From an uncultured delta proteobacterium (GTDB lineage: Bacteria; Bdellovibrionota; FAC87; UBA2466), in contig CAVZSV010000007.1 of the NCBI GenBank assembly GCA_963778115.1, positions 293,719-357,718 of the forward strand: DNA of 64,000 nt. Reading direction: 5' to 3'. Positions 26,154 through 37,036 of this stretch are shown one piece after another. The notes under the pieces are model-generated. The model was not told the DNA's origin. It searched no databases and saw nothing but the letters and a program-made list of their open reading frames with translations. Both the position numbers and the translations under genes were made by a program. The stretch's first letter is position 1, and every line of letters begins with the position of its first letter.

Positions 26154-28259
26154 ATGAGATTTTTGGCAACGCGCTACGCTAGCGAACTGGGTTTGGGAGA
26201 TATCGTGAAAACTTTCTTATTAGCTTTTTTCCTATTTTCTTTTTCGAAGCCTCTTTCAGCCGACCTCGCCCAGCCCCTGGCTTCGCCTTCTCCCTCCCCT
26301 TCCGTAAAAGCCCTAGGAGTTGAGGAGTCGGCTCTCGATCGCTCCGTCTCGCCGTGTGACGACTTTTATCAATTTGCCTGTGGTGGCTGGCTCAAGACGG
26401 CCGAGATACCCAACGATCTTCCGGCCTGGTCCCGGGGAATCTACTCCCTTCGCGAGCAGGCCCGAAGCGAACTCCATTCCATTCTAGAAAAATATTCAGC
26501 ATCCCATCTACCCGACGACGATCCAGACAGAGAGCGGCTAGGAAACTATTACTCCGCCTGTATGGACGAGACGGCGGCCGAAAAAAACTCGCTTAAATCG
26601 TTAAAGGCCGAATTCAAGCAGATTGACGCGGTAAAGACCGAAGCCCAGCTGACCCAAAAGGTGGCCGATCTGCACTTAAAAGGCGTCAATGTACTCTTCG
26701 ATTTTGGTCCCGAACAGTCGTGTAAAGACGCTAGCTTCGTAGTGGGGAATATGGATCAGGCCGGCCTTTCGCTTCCCGATCCGGAATATTATCTCAAGGA
26801 CGAAGGTAAAAATCCCTTCATTAGAGAAGAGTTCCAAAAACACCTGGTCAAGATGTTCACCTTAATCGGAACTCCTCAGGCAAAAGCGAAGGCCAATGCC
26901 AAAGTAGTTTTTGATTTGGAGACCAACTTAGCAAAGCGCTTTTTGCCACGGGTGGAACGAAGAGATCCCAAGAAATTGTGTAACCTGCTCGATAGGCCCG
27001 GACTTCTTACCCGCGTACCTCAATTCCACTGGGCTCTTTATTTCGCCGCCATGGGAACGCCTAATGTACAAAAGATGAATATCGCAGTTCCTGATTATTT
27101 TAATGGCCTCAGTCAAATTCTGAGCACGACGTCACTTGACGATCTTAAGACCTACATGAAGTGGCATGTACTTTCGAGAGTCTCCGCTTCGCTGACCAAA
27201 AAGATTGTAGCCGAAAACTTTGAGTTCTCTTCCAAAACCTTTACGGGTCAAAAAGAGATCGAACCTCGCTGGAAGCGTTGTGTCTCTGCTACTGAGGGAG
27301 CCCTAGGAGAGCCGTTAGGGAGAGCGTATACTCATGCCAAATTTGACGAGCAGAGCAAGACCAAAGCGCGCTCGGTAATCACCGAAATCGAAAAGAGTTT
27401 TGAAGAAGAACTTAACTCAGTCAAGTGGATGGACGATAGCACCCGAACTAAAGCGTTAACCAAGCTCCATGCCTTAGTGAACCAAGTGGGCTACCCGGAC
27501 AAGTGGCGTGACTTCGGGAAGTTGCAGACTTCCCGAACCGACTATTTTGGCAACCTGCTAGCCTCTTCTAAGTTCGATTCGGAATATGAACTTAATAAGA
27601 TCGAAAAACCAGCCGATCGCACCGAGTGGGAGATGTTTCCCCAAACGGTAAATGCCTATTACAGCAGCGACAATAACAAGATGGTGTTTCCCGCTGGTAT
27701 TTTGCAATATCCGTTTTTCGACGAAAATAATCCGACTTCCGTCAATTACGGAGGCATTGGCATGGTCATGGGTCACGAACTCACTCACGGCTTTGACGAC
27801 GAAGGCCGACAATACGATGAAAAGGGTAACCTCAACCCTTGGTGGACAGAGAAAACCGAGACTGCTTTTAATGAACGAACGGCGTGTCTGACAAAACAAT
27901 ACGACGACTACTCTCCTCTAGAGAACCTGCATGTCCGAGGAAAGCTAACTTTGGGCGAAAATATCGCTGATAACGGGGGTATTCGACTCGCCTATAGTGC
28001 TTTTAAGAAAGCAAGCCGGCAGGTAGGCTCTCAACCGGTGAGTTTCACCCAGGATCAGCAGTTTTTCTTAGGGTTCGCCCAAGCTTGGTGTTCCAAGATA
28101 AGACCCGAAGTGGAACGATCGCATCTCATTACCGATCCCCACTCCCCCCCGAAATTTCGGGTGAATGGTCCAGTCTCCAACTTCCCGGCATTCGCAGAGG
28201 CATTTCGTTGCAAAGCCGATAGCCCAATGGTCCGCAAACCCGCTTGCGTGGTATGGTAG
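26154..28259 (+). CDS. M13 family zinc metallopeptidase (neprilysin/PepO-like), secreted
   Basis: Signal peptide; HELTHGFDD (HExxH), ENIADNGG, and C-terminal CxxW characteristic of M13. Confidence 0.85.
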   Translation: MRFLATRYASELGLGDIVKTFLLAFFLFSFSKPLSADLAQPLASPSPSPSVKALGVEESALDRSVSPCDDFYQFACGGWLKTAEIPNDLPAWSRGIYSLREQARSELHSILEKYSASHLPDDDPDRERLGNYYSACMDETAAEKNSLKSLKAEFKQIDAVKTEAQLTQKVADLHLKGVNVLFDFGPEQSCKDASFVVGNMDQAGLSLPDPEYYLKDEGKNPFIREEFQKHLVKMFTLIGTPQAKAKANAKVVFDLETNLAKRFLPRVERRDPKKLCNLLDRPGLLTRVPQFHWALYFAAMGTPNVQKMNIAVPDYFNGLSQILSTTSLDDLKTYMKWHVLSRVSASLTKKIVAENFEFSSKTFTGQKEIEPRWKRCVSATEGALGEPLGRAYTHAKFDEQSKTKARSVITEIEKSFEEELNSVKWMDDSTRTKALTKLHALVNQVGYPDKWRDFGKLQTSRTDYFGNLLASSKFDSEYELNKIEKPADRTEWEMFPQTVNAYYSSDNNKMVFPAGILQYPFFDENNPTSVNYGGIGMVMGHELTHGFDDEGRQYDEKGNLNPWWTEKTETAFNERTACLTKQYDDYSPLENLHVRGKLTLGENIADNGGIRLAYSAFKKASRQVGSQPVSFTQDQQFFLGFAQAWCSKIRPEVERSHLITDPHSPPKFRVNGPVSNFPAFAEAFRCKADSPMVRKPACVVW

Positions 28260-28278
28260 GCAAAGAAAGGAATTACCT

Positions 28279-28650
28279 ATGTCTCATTCTCCTGGGTTTC
28301 TAAAAGTCGTAACCGACGCCAAGGCCAAAGTGAAGGAGCTTACGATTGCCCAAGTGGTCGAAAAGCAAAAGCGCGGAGATGTCTTTTTCTTCGTGGATGT
28401 TCGAGAAGATGACGAGTGGAAACAGGGCCGCGCCAAGGGCTCCATTCATATCGGCAAAGGCGTTATCGAACGGGATATCGAAGCTAAAATTCCGGACAAA
28501 AATGCTGAGGTTGTCCTTTATTGCGGCGGAGGGTTTCGTTCGGCACTAGCCGCCGAGTCGATCCAGCGCATGGGTTATACGAAAGCCCTCTCTATGGATG
28601 GCGGCATTCGCGGATGGCGCGAAGCGAATCTTCCGGAAGATAAGGACTAA
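28279..28650 (+). CDS. single-domain rhodanese (sulfurtransferase)
   Basis: Active-site loop LYCGGGFRSA with catalytic Cys; 123 aa from the internal Met of ORF 28165. Confidence 0.75.
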   Translation: MSHSPGFLKVVTDAKAKVKELTIAQVVEKQKRGDVFFFVDVREDDEWKQGRAKGSIHIGKGVIERDIEAKIPDKNAEVVLYCGGGFRSALAAESIQRMGYTKALSMDGGIRGWREANLPEDKD

Positions 28651-28652
28651 AC

Positions 28653-29816
28653 GTGCCCGGACAGCGGGGCAAAAGGGCAGTCTTATTGCCCTGGGCTTGC
28701 CTGTCTATCGTGTGCACGGCATTCGCCGCTCCAGTCTTGCTTCGGACCGGCACCAATATCGTCACAGAAACCTACCGGTTAGCGACCCTTAACTTTCTTT
28801 CGGGAAAAACTCCCTTTGGTCTCATGCCCGGTGCCGACTTCTTTCAGTACTCGCCTTTTTTCTGTCTCCTTTACTCTCCCATTGCGTGGCTCCCTCTGAA
28901 GACTCAAGCATTGGTGTGGGCTTTGGCTAATTCCGCTGTCTTCTGGTGGGGGCTTGTTCTTTGGCTGCCGCCCCTTAAAAAGTTAGCTTTGCCTGTGTGG
29001 CTTGCTCTCATCTTAGTATCGATGGAACTTAATATTTCGCTGCTTTACCAACAGGTAAATGCATTGTTGGTGGGGCTTATCTTGATTGGAGCCGCCCTTT
29101 ATCGCGATGGAAAATTTACAGCTTCAGGTATTGTTTTAGCGTTGAGTACCGATCTCAAAGTAATTCCCGTGCTTTTTGCAGCCCTCTTGCTTTTTCCCTT
29201 CCGAAAGAGATACGTCCAAGGGCTTGTCCTTGGATTTCTTATCGCATTTTTCTTACCCTTTTTCGTCGTGGGTCCTCAACTTGGTTTTCAGTTACAGAAA
29301 GAGTGGGTGGCTATGACTTCCCACGCCTGGAAAATGGTGAGGCCTTTACAACTAGATATCGTGAGTACCGCCTCGCGGTTGAATCCCTCTTTTCGAGCTT
29401 TTGGCCAACTCCTATGGTGGGCCCTGTTACTCGTTAGCCTCCCCCTTCTTTTGCTAGAACGTAAACGCCCTTTCCCTCGCTGGGGAGTATGGCTCACAGT
29501 AGGTTTTTGCTTAATCTTGTTACTGAGCCCTCGCAGTGAGTCGCCGACTTTCATTATTTTGGCACCTGCCTATCCGCTGATGATGCTAGCCTTGGGCTAC
29601 AAAAACCGCTCTCGAAAATCGAGATTAGTAATGGGGGGTGTTTGGTTAAGCGCCATCTCCATCACCCTTATCTTTACCGACGTCTGGCCAAGAGACCTTC
29701 CTAATCCCCTAAGGATCAACTACCTAGGCAAGACGCTAGGAACGCTTTTGCTATGGGTGCTCTCCGTGGCGTGCCTTTGGAATCAGAAGGACGGGAGTGA
29801 CAGCGCTCGAAGTTGA
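28653..29816 (+). CDS. polytopic membrane protein, possibly a GT87/DUF2029-like glycosyltransferase
   Basis: About 10 TM segments and a Trp/Leu-rich architecture typical of polyprenol-phosphate-sugar-dependent transferases. The assignment is weak. Confidence 0.35.
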   Translation: MPGQRGKRAVLLPWACLSIVCTAFAAPVLLRTGTNIVTETYRLATLNFLSGKTPFGLMPGADFFQYSPFFCLLYSPIAWLPLKTQALVWALANSAVFWWGLVLWLPPLKKLALPVWLALILVSMELNISLLYQQVNALLVGLILIGAALYRDGKFTASGIVLALSTDLKVIPVLFAALLLFPFRKRYVQGLVLGFLIAFFLPFFVVGPQLGFQLQKEWVAMTSHAWKMVRPLQLDIVSTASRLNPSFRAFGQLLWWALLLVSLPLLLLERKRPFPRWGVWLTVGFCLILLLSPRSESPTFIILAPAYPLMMLALGYKNRSRKSRLVMGGVWLSAISITLIFTDVWPRDLPNPLRINYLGKTLGTLLLWVLSVACLWNQKDGSDSARS

Positions 29817-29819
29817 AGT

Positions 29820-31826
29820 ATGCTAAAAGGCTTTATGGGCCAATTTAAACTCGTAAGTCCCTTCAGCCCTCGCGGCGACCAACCTCGAGCGATCGAAGAG
29901 CTGGTCAAAGGAATGCAGGCGAAAAAGCGCGATCAGGTCCTGCTCGGCGTGACAGGTAGCGGCAAAACGTTCACCATCGCCCACACTATCGAAACCCTAG
30001 ACAGGCCCTCGTTGGTCCTGGCCCCGAACAAGACCCTGGCCGCTCAACTTTATTCTGAATTTAAAGAGCTTTTTCCAGAGAATGCCGTGGAATATTTCGT
30101 AAGCTATTACGATTACTATCAGCCCGAGGCCTATATTCCCTCGAGCGACACCTATATCGAGAAAGACTCGGCCATTAACGATCAGATCGATCAGCTTCGT
30201 CACTCGGCCACTCGAAGTCTGCTTTCCCGACGAGACGTCATCATCGTGGCCAGCGTCTCTTGCATCTACGGCCTAGGCTCTCCAGAGATGTACCGAGAGA
30301 TGGTAATCCACTTAGAAGAAAAGATGGAATACCGACGGGACAATTTGCTGATGCATCTGGTTGAAATTCAATACGAACGCAACGATTATGATTTCCATCG
30401 AAGTACCTTTCGCGTTCGGGGCGACATTATCGAGATATTCCCCGCTTTCGAAGAGAGCCATGCGTATCGGATCGAGTTTTGGGGGGATGAGATCGAAAAA
30501 ATTTCAAAGATCGATCCCATCACGGGCAACGTCATCGGCCCGGTCACCAAGCTTGAGATCTATCCCGGTAGCCATTACGTGACGCCTCAGGAGCAATTGA
30601 AACGATCCATAAAGTCGATTCAAGACGAACTCCAAATAAGACTTGGCGAGCTTCAAAGGGAAAACAAGGTCCTCGAAGCGCAACGCTTGGAAAGTCGCAC
30701 TCTCTATGACATCGAAATGCTCGAAGAGATGGGCTACTGCAATGGGATTGAAAACTACAGCCGCCATTTGACGGGTCGAGCTCCCGGAGCTCCGCCACCC
30801 ACTCTTCTGGAATATTTTCCAGGCGATTTTATGATGTTTATCGACGAGAGCCACGTCACCGTCCCCCAGGTCGGTGGAATGTATCGCGGCGATCGGATGC
30901 GAAAAGAGACTTTGGTCACCCATGGGTTTCGTCTTCCTTCTGCTTTGGATAATCGGCCACTCAATTTTTCGGAGTTCGAATCACTCATCAGCCAAGTCGT
31001 CTATGTTTCTGCGACGCCGGGAAAGTATGAAATGGAGAAGTGTCGGGGAAAGGTGATCGAACAAATCATTCGCCCCACGGGATTAACAGACCCCACGATT
31101 ATCATGAAACCAGCTCGAGGGGCTGTCGACGATCTCTATGCGGAGATTCGAAAGCGCGTCGAAAAAAAGCAACGAGTGCTCATTACGACGTTAACCAAGC
31201 GGATGGCGGAAGATTTAACCGAATACTACGAAAAGCTGGGTCTTAAGATCGCCTACCTCCATTCCGATATCGATGCCATAGAACGAGTAGAAATCATTCG
31301 CCAACTCCGAATGGGAACCTACGACGTGCTCGTCGGAATCAATCTCTTAAGGGAAGGTTTAGATATCCCCGAAGTCTCGTTAGTCGCCATTTTAGATGCC
31401 GATAAGGAGGGTTTTCTAAGAAGCCAAACCTCTCTTATTCAAACCATTGGACGAGCCGCCCGTAATTTAGACGGTACTGTGATTTTATACGCGGACGTCG
31501 TCACCAAATCGATCGATTTTGCGCTCAAAGAGACCGATCGCCGTCGCCAAAGGCAGGCTGATTATAATAAGGAACACGGAATAACCCCAGCTTCAGTCGT
31601 GAAAAACATCCAAAACTCGTTATACGCGGTGGAAAACATGGATTACTTCGAGGTGAAAGTTTCCGACAAGAAGGGGAAATATCATATTTCCGACGAGGCC
31701 CTGCCGAAAGAGATCGATAAATTAGAAAAGGCGATGAAGAAAGCAGCCAAGGCATTGGATTTTGAAAAAGCGGCGGAGGTGCGGGATCAGCTATTAGAAC
31801 TCAAAAAAAGGCAGGTTGGCGTTTAA
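29820..31826 (+). CDS. uvrB: excinuclease ABC subunit B UvrB
   Basis: N-terminal [10 protein letters not shown]..., Walker A GVTGSGKT, helicase motifs and a C-terminal UVR domain. Confidence 0.9.
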   Translation: MLKGFMGQFKLVSPFSPRGDQPRAIEELVKGMQAKKRDQVLLGVTGSGKTFTIAHTIETLDRPSLVLAPNKTLAAQLYSEFKELFPENAVEYFVSYYDYYQPEAYIPSSDTYIEKDSAINDQIDQLRHSATRSLLSRRDVIIVASVSCIYGLGSPEMYREMVIHLEEKMEYRRDNLLMHLVEIQYERNDYDFHRSTFRVRGDIIEIFPAFEESHAYRIEFWGDEIEKISKIDPITGNVIGPVTKLEIYPGSHYVTPQEQLKRSIKSIQDELQIRLGELQRENKVLEAQRLESRTLYDIEMLEEMGYCNGIENYSRHLTGRAPGAPPPTLLEYFPGDFMMFIDESHVTVPQVGGMYRGDRMRKETLVTHGFRLPSALDNRPLNFSEFESLISQVVYVSATPGKYEMEKCRGKVIEQIIRPTGLTDPTIIMKPARGAVDDLYAEIRKRVEKKQRVLITTLTKRMAEDLTEYYEKLGLKIAYLHSDIDAIERVEIIRQLRMGTYDVLVGINLLREGLDIPEVSLVAILDADKEGFLRSQTSLIQTIGRAARNLDGTVILYADVVTKSIDFALKETDRRRQRQADYNKEHGITPASVVKNIQNSLYAVENMDYFEVKVSDKKGKYHISDEALPKEIDKLEKAMKKAAKALDFEKAAEVRDQLLELKKRQVGV

Positions 31827-32752
31827 TTGAGTCCTCCACAATCTCCGATCGATGTCCTGCACCTCAATTTTCCTTTCCTATCCACTTCAATCTCCACGAA
31901 TCCGTGAAAGTCCGTCCTTAGCACCTCTTTGCTAAAATATTTTAATCTTCCCAAAGCTAAGAAATTTGGATGGCCATACCTATTCTGCGCTCCCGCCGAT
32001 ATTACCGAGAATCTGGGTCTTATTTTTCCGAGGAGCCGATCCGTCGATGACGTCTTGCTCCCATGGTGAGCCACCTTTAATACCGTGACGGGTTCATTAA
32101 TCACGCCGGAAAGCCACTCCTCCGCTTCGGCCTCCATATCGCCCGTAAACAGAAACGAATGGCCTGAATAACTCATTTGGAGAACCAAAGAACGATCATT
32201 GGTTTCGGCTGTCTTTAATTGGGGGGGCAGCCAGCGCAGACTCACTCCCCCCTGCGACGTGTAACTTTCCTGTTCCCGCGCTTCAACGATAGTTCCTTTC
32301 GATTGAGCCAGTTTGAGAAGGTCTAAGAGGAGTTTTCTGGGTTCCGCATCAGAGAGAAAGGACCGATTATAGATAAACCGCTTAATGCTAAGATTATCGA
32401 ATAGGCCCAAGAACCCGTACCCATGATCTAAGTCCGGGTGGCTTAGGACAGCATAGTCCAGCGTCAAAATGCCCATTCTAGCGAGTTCTAAGAAAAGCTC
32501 TCTTTGCCCTAGGTTAAACTGACCGAAGCCACCTCCGGCATCAATTAACATGGTGGTTCCCCCAGGAAATCTCACTAAAGTCGAATCCCCTTGGCCGACA
32601 TCAAGAAAGGTAACTCGAAGGGAACAGACCAGAAATCGGTCGTAGAGGCGGCTGGTAAGTAGACTTAGCAGGGCGAAGAGCAGGAGATACCAGCGCATGG
32701 AGAAAGTACTTAAGCAAAATGCGTTCCCCCCTAAGAGAGAGCCTCTAGACAT
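31823..32752 (-). CDS. MBL-fold metallo-hydrolase (ComEC C-terminal domain-like)
   Basis: [23 protein letters not shown] and VAHHGSK motifs; N-terminal hydrophobic anchor. Confidence 0.7.
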   Translation of the reverse strand: MSRGSLLGGNAFCLSTFSMRWYLLLFALLSLLTSRLYDRFLVCSLRVTFLDVGQGDSTLVRFPGGTTMLIDAGGGFGQFNLGQRELFLELARMGILTLDYAVLSHPDLDHGYGFLGLFDNLSIKRFIYNRSFLSDAEPRKLLLDLLKLAQSKGTIVEAREQESYTSQGGVSLRWLPPQLKTAETNDRSLVLQMSYSGHSFLFTGDMEAEAEEWLSGVINEPVTVLKVAHHGSKTSSTDRLLGKIRPRFSVISAGAQNRYGHPNFLALGRLKYFSKEVLRTDFHGFVEIEVDRKGKLRCRTSIGDCGGLN

Positions 32753-32809
32753 AGAAAATAAGGCGAAAGCTAGTGGCTAAAACGAGGGCTAGACGCTTCT
32801 TACCAAGGG

Positions 32810-33871
32810 TTGCCCCCCTCTTTTAGACTATTGCTCTCACCCTCCCAAAGAGGTTTAATTACCCCCATGAGTGTCCATACCCCCCGACTTTGTATCGATG
32901 GCCGAGCGGCCGCGGAATATCCCTCTAACGCTCTTATCGCCCAGGAGTTAATCGACCAATTGGTCGCGGCCGGCGGTGAGGGGGAATCAATCTCAAGCGA
33001 ATGGATCGATAAACAGCGTACGGTATTACTCTCTCACCCGGGACAGATCTTTTCGGGACAATTACGGCGATTTGATACTAAGCGCCGCATTGGAAAATCA
33101 CCACTATATTGGTTTTGGGAAAAACAATTCGTTAAGAAGGCTAATATCAGCGTTTTCCATCGCTTTCGTCCGGCCGATCGTTTGGGCCCTGGCCACGATC
33201 TTCCGATGTTAACCACGGTCCTTCCCGGGAAAACGGCATTGCGATCGCGCCCCGGAAAGAGCCTTAAACAACGCTTTGTCGTCCCTTCGGAAAAGGATTT
33301 TCGCCTTTTGGAGAAGCGATTTGGAGTGCCTAAGGACCGAATCTACATCGCGACTCCGACGGTACGGCGCTATGTCCATTTTTCGGACCTCTCTTCGGAG
33401 AGTCCGCGAGCCTCTTTGCTTTTCTTAGTGGGCAATCGAGGGGAAAAAACCGATTATAAGAAGATTGTGTCTGTCATCTCAGCTCGGTTTCCCACACTAC
33501 GACAAAGAGTGATTTCCCTTTCGCAGCGCCGGGCTTTTACTCCCCTCAAGTGGATGGAAATACTATCCCAGACTAGATACTGCTTTTATCTGACGGATAG
33601 GGCCTTCGATTGGCCAACGCTCGCGCTGGAAGCTTTTTACTGGAATATTCCCTGTGTGTACTTAGAATCGCATGACGCTTTATCGGAAATGATTTCTATT
33701 TCGTCACTCGAACTCTCTCGCTTCTTAGTCAATCAACCGGACGCCGCTCAACTTACTATCGCCTGCCATTCCGCGCGCCAGCAATTGGAAAATCGAGGAG
33801 CCTTCGATCCCTTGGGGCTCGCCAAACAATTCAATAAGTTTTACCAGAATTTAAAAGAAGCGAATGCTTAG
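32810..33871 (+). CDS. putative GT4-like glycosyltransferase (divergent)
   Basis: N-terminal RLCIDGRAAAEYPS resembles the GT4 R.xIDaR...tGigRY start, and the C-terminal LALEAFYWNIPCV resembles the E-x7-E region. Low confidence. Confidence 0.35.
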   Translation: MPPSFRLLLSPSQRGLITPMSVHTPRLCIDGRAAAEYPSNALIAQELIDQLVAAGGEGESISSEWIDKQRTVLLSHPGQIFSGQLRRFDTKRRIGKSPLYWFWEKQFVKKANISVFHRFRPADRLGPGHDLPMLTTVLPGKTALRSRPGKSLKQRFVVPSEKDFRLLEKRFGVPKDRIYIATPTVRRYVHFSDLSSESPRASLLFLVGNRGEKTDYKKIVSVISARFPTLRQRVISLSQRRAFTPLKWMEILSQTRYCFYLTDRAFDWPTLALEAFYWNIPCVYLESHDALSEMISISSLELSRFLVNQPDAAQLTIACHSARQQLENRGAFDPLGLAKQFNKFYQNLKEANA

Positions 33872-33890
33872 CGCCTACCCGATTTTAGCT

Positions 33891-35552
33891 CTATGACGTC
33901 CAGCAGACGCGACGAGCATTAGAGCCCGTGCCAAAGATACGCGAGGACCAGCCGGGCTGGTCGCATTGCTTGGTGTAGATGGAAGCCCCTTCGAATAGAT
34001 AGAACCGAGGAGAAAGACCCTCGATTCTTTGTGCGATCACTTCAGCATTGGTGATATTGCCCCCAGGAGCGTAGGGAGTTTCTAGAGGTGCTAAGCGATA
34101 CCATGGCATTCTAGTGAACATGTAGGCATCTTCGCCAAAAAGATCAGGACAATGGAGGAGTCGATCTAGCCCGGGAGTATATTGAGGTACTACCACTGCA
34201 TCCTTTAACGTGCATTGCGAATTTATGAAGGATACCGCTTCGAATAAGGGACGCCTGTCGGGATGGGTTAAAACTCCGCTTAAAGCGGGAAACCCGTACT
34301 CGTTAAAATGAAACTTCGCCAATTGCCCCCATCCCACGACATAGGGTAAGTACGCCCAAACCGCGATCGCGACTAAAAAGGCCCGAGCCCCCCACGATTT
34401 CATTCGCTCTGTGTGGTGAAGTACCGTCGGCCAGACGACTAAGAAAATGGCAACCGCCGTTAACGAGAAGAAATACTGCCCCCTAGCCCACATTGCGGGC
34501 TCTTTAAAAGGATCGTTAAACCCGTAATGAAGTAGATCCAAAGCACCCGCAAGACCAATGATCGTACAGATGGCCGCCGCTCTCATATTTTTTCGAGAAG
34601 GCAAAAGATAGGCGGCGGTAAAGACAAATGTCGGCCAGACAAAGTAATGAAGATAAAATACCGCAGTCTCAAGAACCGCCCGAAGCTGCTTAAAGAGTTG
34701 CATCCCCACGTCGGCTGATGCCGAACTTAGCGTTAAGTGAGGGACCAGATAGTGCAGATTCGGATAACTTTTCGATTCCAGTACCGCCCAAGGCCTAGGA
34801 AGAAAAGCATTCATCAGACCTCGTCCAAATATCAGATAAAACACTCCTAGCGTCGCCAGTGTCGTTAACATGAGGACTACCCAGCCGCGAATTCTCGTGA
34901 GAGTAAACGAGTTCGCAAGCATGAGACAGCTCCACGCCCCAAACACGCCGTATCCCATCAGCACAGGCCTTGTAAAAAGACAAAGTGCAGCCCCCGCATA
35001 CGACCACAGTAAGGCTCCCCCGTCTTTATCCTCTATAAACTTAAGATAGTAATACGCACAGATCACAGCCCCCAAGGTGGCCAAGATGTGATTGTTCGAA
35101 TAGCCGGGATACCCCGTACAGCCGGATGCAAGAAGAACCCCTACTAAACAAGAGCGGTAGGTAACAAAATATCTAGCAAACAGTAACGCTAGAAAACACG
35201 CTACCGCACTCCAGAAAGCCAAAGTGACTAATCTAACGGTAATGAGTTTTGCCGGAAATACTTTTAGTGCCGCCCCGTAGACGATCGGTGCGACAGGGCC
35301 ATACAGCCATACAAAATCCCGATAAGCGTACTGTCCTTGTGAGGCTTTGGTGTAATGATCGAAATCCCGAAGTTCCTCGGGATTGTTCGCGGTGAAGATC
35401 ATCGGAAATTTGAGCACGAAAAAGAGTGCCGCAGCAAGACAGACTAGCCGGGTCCGATCGAGCGTGGGCGTCGGGACTACCGCTACTTCGGACGGTTTAA
35501 CATTATGGATTAGGCGTAATTTCAAGGAAGTTCCGACCACTTTCGCAAGCAA
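33891..35552 (-). CDS. GT-C-like polytopic membrane glycosyltransferase candidate with C-terminal periplasmic domain
   Basis: About 12 TM helices over 400 aa, then a roughly 150-aa soluble Cys-containing tail. Operonic with the GT2 fusion and the epimerase. Confidence 0.45.
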   Translation of the reverse strand: MLAKVVGTSLKLRLIHNVKPSEVAVVPTPTLDRTRLVCLAAALFFVLKFPMIFTANNPEELRDFDHYTKASQGQYAYRDFVWLYGPVAPIVYGAALKVFPAKLITVRLVTLAFWSAVACFLALLFARYFVTYRSCLVGVLLASGCTGYPGYSNNHILATLGAVICAYYYLKFIEDKDGGALLWSYAGAALCLFTRPVLMGYGVFGAWSCLMLANSFTLTRIRGWVVLMLTTLATLGVFYLIFGRGLMNAFLPRPWAVLESKSYPNLHYLVPHLTLSSASADVGMQLFKQLRAVLETAVFYLHYFVWPTFVFTAAYLLPSRKNMRAAAICTIIGLAGALDLLHYGFNDPFKEPAMWARGQYFFSLTAVAIFLVVWPTVLHHTERMKSWGARAFLVAIAVWAYLPYVVGWGQLAKFHFNEYGFPALSGVLTHPDRRPLFEAVSFINSQCTLKDAVVVPQYTPGLDRLLHCPDLFGEDAYMFTRMPWYRLAPLETPYAPGGNITNAEVIAQRIEGLSPRFYLFEGASIYTKQCDQPGWSSRIFGTGSNARRVCWTS

Positions 35553-37036
35553 AGCTTAAGAAAGGAGATTCCAGAGCTAAAAGCCTTCATCTTGGACTCT
35601 CCGGCGACACGACTCTTGTAATGCACGGGAATCTCCACACACTTTAACTTTCGACGGGCGGCGTGAAAGATGAGATCAAAGTCTCCCCAAGCTGAGTCTT
35701 CCAATTCAAAATCAGCGAAGTCAATTTTACGCATGGCCTTCGTGCCACAAAGGGTGTCCGAGCATTCCGAACCTACAATCACCTCGACGAGTTTGGAGAA
35801 CAGAATGTTTCCGAAATAGTTTGCAAGCCTCATGGCTTCGCGCTCCATCGGATAAAGAAAACGGGTGCCCGAGGCAAAATCGGCGGTCTTGGATTCCAAA
35901 GCTTCGAAAAAGTCGGTCAACTCCTCCGGAGGTACAGTCATGTCGGCATCCAAAATCATAACCACATCACCCTTGGCCGCGCGCAAGCCTTTCAAAACCG
36001 CATTCCCTTTTCCCTGATTCTTCGCGTACGTAATCAAGGTCAGATTGGGAAACGTTGGGGTTAGGTTGCGGACGATCTCTTCGGTTTTGTCCTTCGAGCC
36101 GTCATTCACGACTAAAATTTCGGTAAAGCTCCCCATGTGGGGGACTCGATTGATGCATTCGGTGATATTACCCTCTTCGTTATAGCAGGGGATGATGACC
36201 GAGCAGCTCGAGCGGTTCGTTTTCTTCAGTTCCGCTGGCTTTGCCGTTACGTACTGAATAAAACAAAGGGAATTAAAACCGGGTAAACGCGAGAGAAACT
36301 GATTGCACAGCCAGGAGAAAAGGGGGATGCGCTTGGGGACCAATACCCGTCGGCATTTATCCATCACCTTAAAGCTTTTAATCTCCAGTGCCGTTCCCAA
36401 AATCCGGCTACCCACCAAATTGCGCTTGTGGTCTGGAATTCGGATCTTTAGTCGGGAAGCGAATTTCACCAAGGGATGCCAAAGTGGATTTAACATCGAG
36501 AGGATAACTCTAGAATCTTCATGGACAAACTTGCTTACCGAGTCTACCAGGGCCAACACGTCGTCACTATGATCAACGACATTTAACAAAATCACGTAAT
36601 CGAATTTTTCCGTAGTCTTATATTCTTCAGGAAGCGCACAGTGATAGCGGACGTTTGGGTTTTGGCAATTGGCACGTGCCAAGCGAACCGCTTCTTCGCT
36701 GACGTCAAGACCTACCCCGTATGAAGGTCGGAGAGCTTCCAGTATTTCAGAGGTTAAGCACCCAATGAGCAGAACTTTTTTATTTTCGGGAACGACTTGG
36801 CTCAAAAATTTGATCGTGTGTTCGCGATAAGCCGCCATCTTGCGTTTCCAACGGCTAGAGCGAACTACATTCTCGAAGTACCGCACCACGGTCGGCGAAA
36901 GTGTGGCTCGATCTAACTTAACTGGTACGGGCGGCGCCCAGTCGCTAAGTGCGGCATCAAGCGTTGTTTGAAAATCAGGCTGCTTTTCTTGTCTGGCTGG
37001 CTGTAGCATTCTCCACCATCTCCTTGAGAATGGCAT
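35522..37036 (-). CDS. bifunctional class I SAM methyltransferase / GT2 polyprenyl-phosphate glycosyltransferase (DPM1/ArnC/GtrB-like) fusion
   Basis: N-terminal KKVLLIGCLTSEILEAL...GVGLDVSEEAV (Rossmann MT). C-terminal SVIIPCYNEEGNI...VVNDGSKD...ILDADMTVPPEE (GT2 DxD and DAD..P motifs). Confidence 0.75.
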   Translation of the reverse strand: MPFSRRWWRMLQPARQEKQPDFQTTLDAALSDWAPPVPVKLDRATLSPTVVRYFENVVRSSRWKRKMAAYREHTIKFLSQVVPENKKVLLIGCLTSEILEALRPSYGVGLDVSEEAVRLARANCQNPNVRYHCALPEEYKTTEKFDYVILLNVVDHSDDVLALVDSVSKFVHEDSRVILSMLNPLWHPLVKFASRLKIRIPDHKRNLVGSRILGTALEIKSFKVMDKCRRVLVPKRIPLFSWLCNQFLSRLPGFNSLCFIQYVTAKPAELKKTNRSSCSVIIPCYNEEGNITECINRVPHMGSFTEILVVNDGSKDKTEEIVRNLTPTFPNLTLITYAKNQGKGNAVLKGLRAAKGDVVMILDADMTVPPEELTDFFEALESKTADFASGTRFLYPMEREAMRLANYFGNILFSKLVEVIVGSECSDTLCGTKAMRKIDFADFELEDSAWGDFDLIFHAARRKLKCVEIPVHYKSRVAGESKMKAFSSGISFLKLCLRKWSELP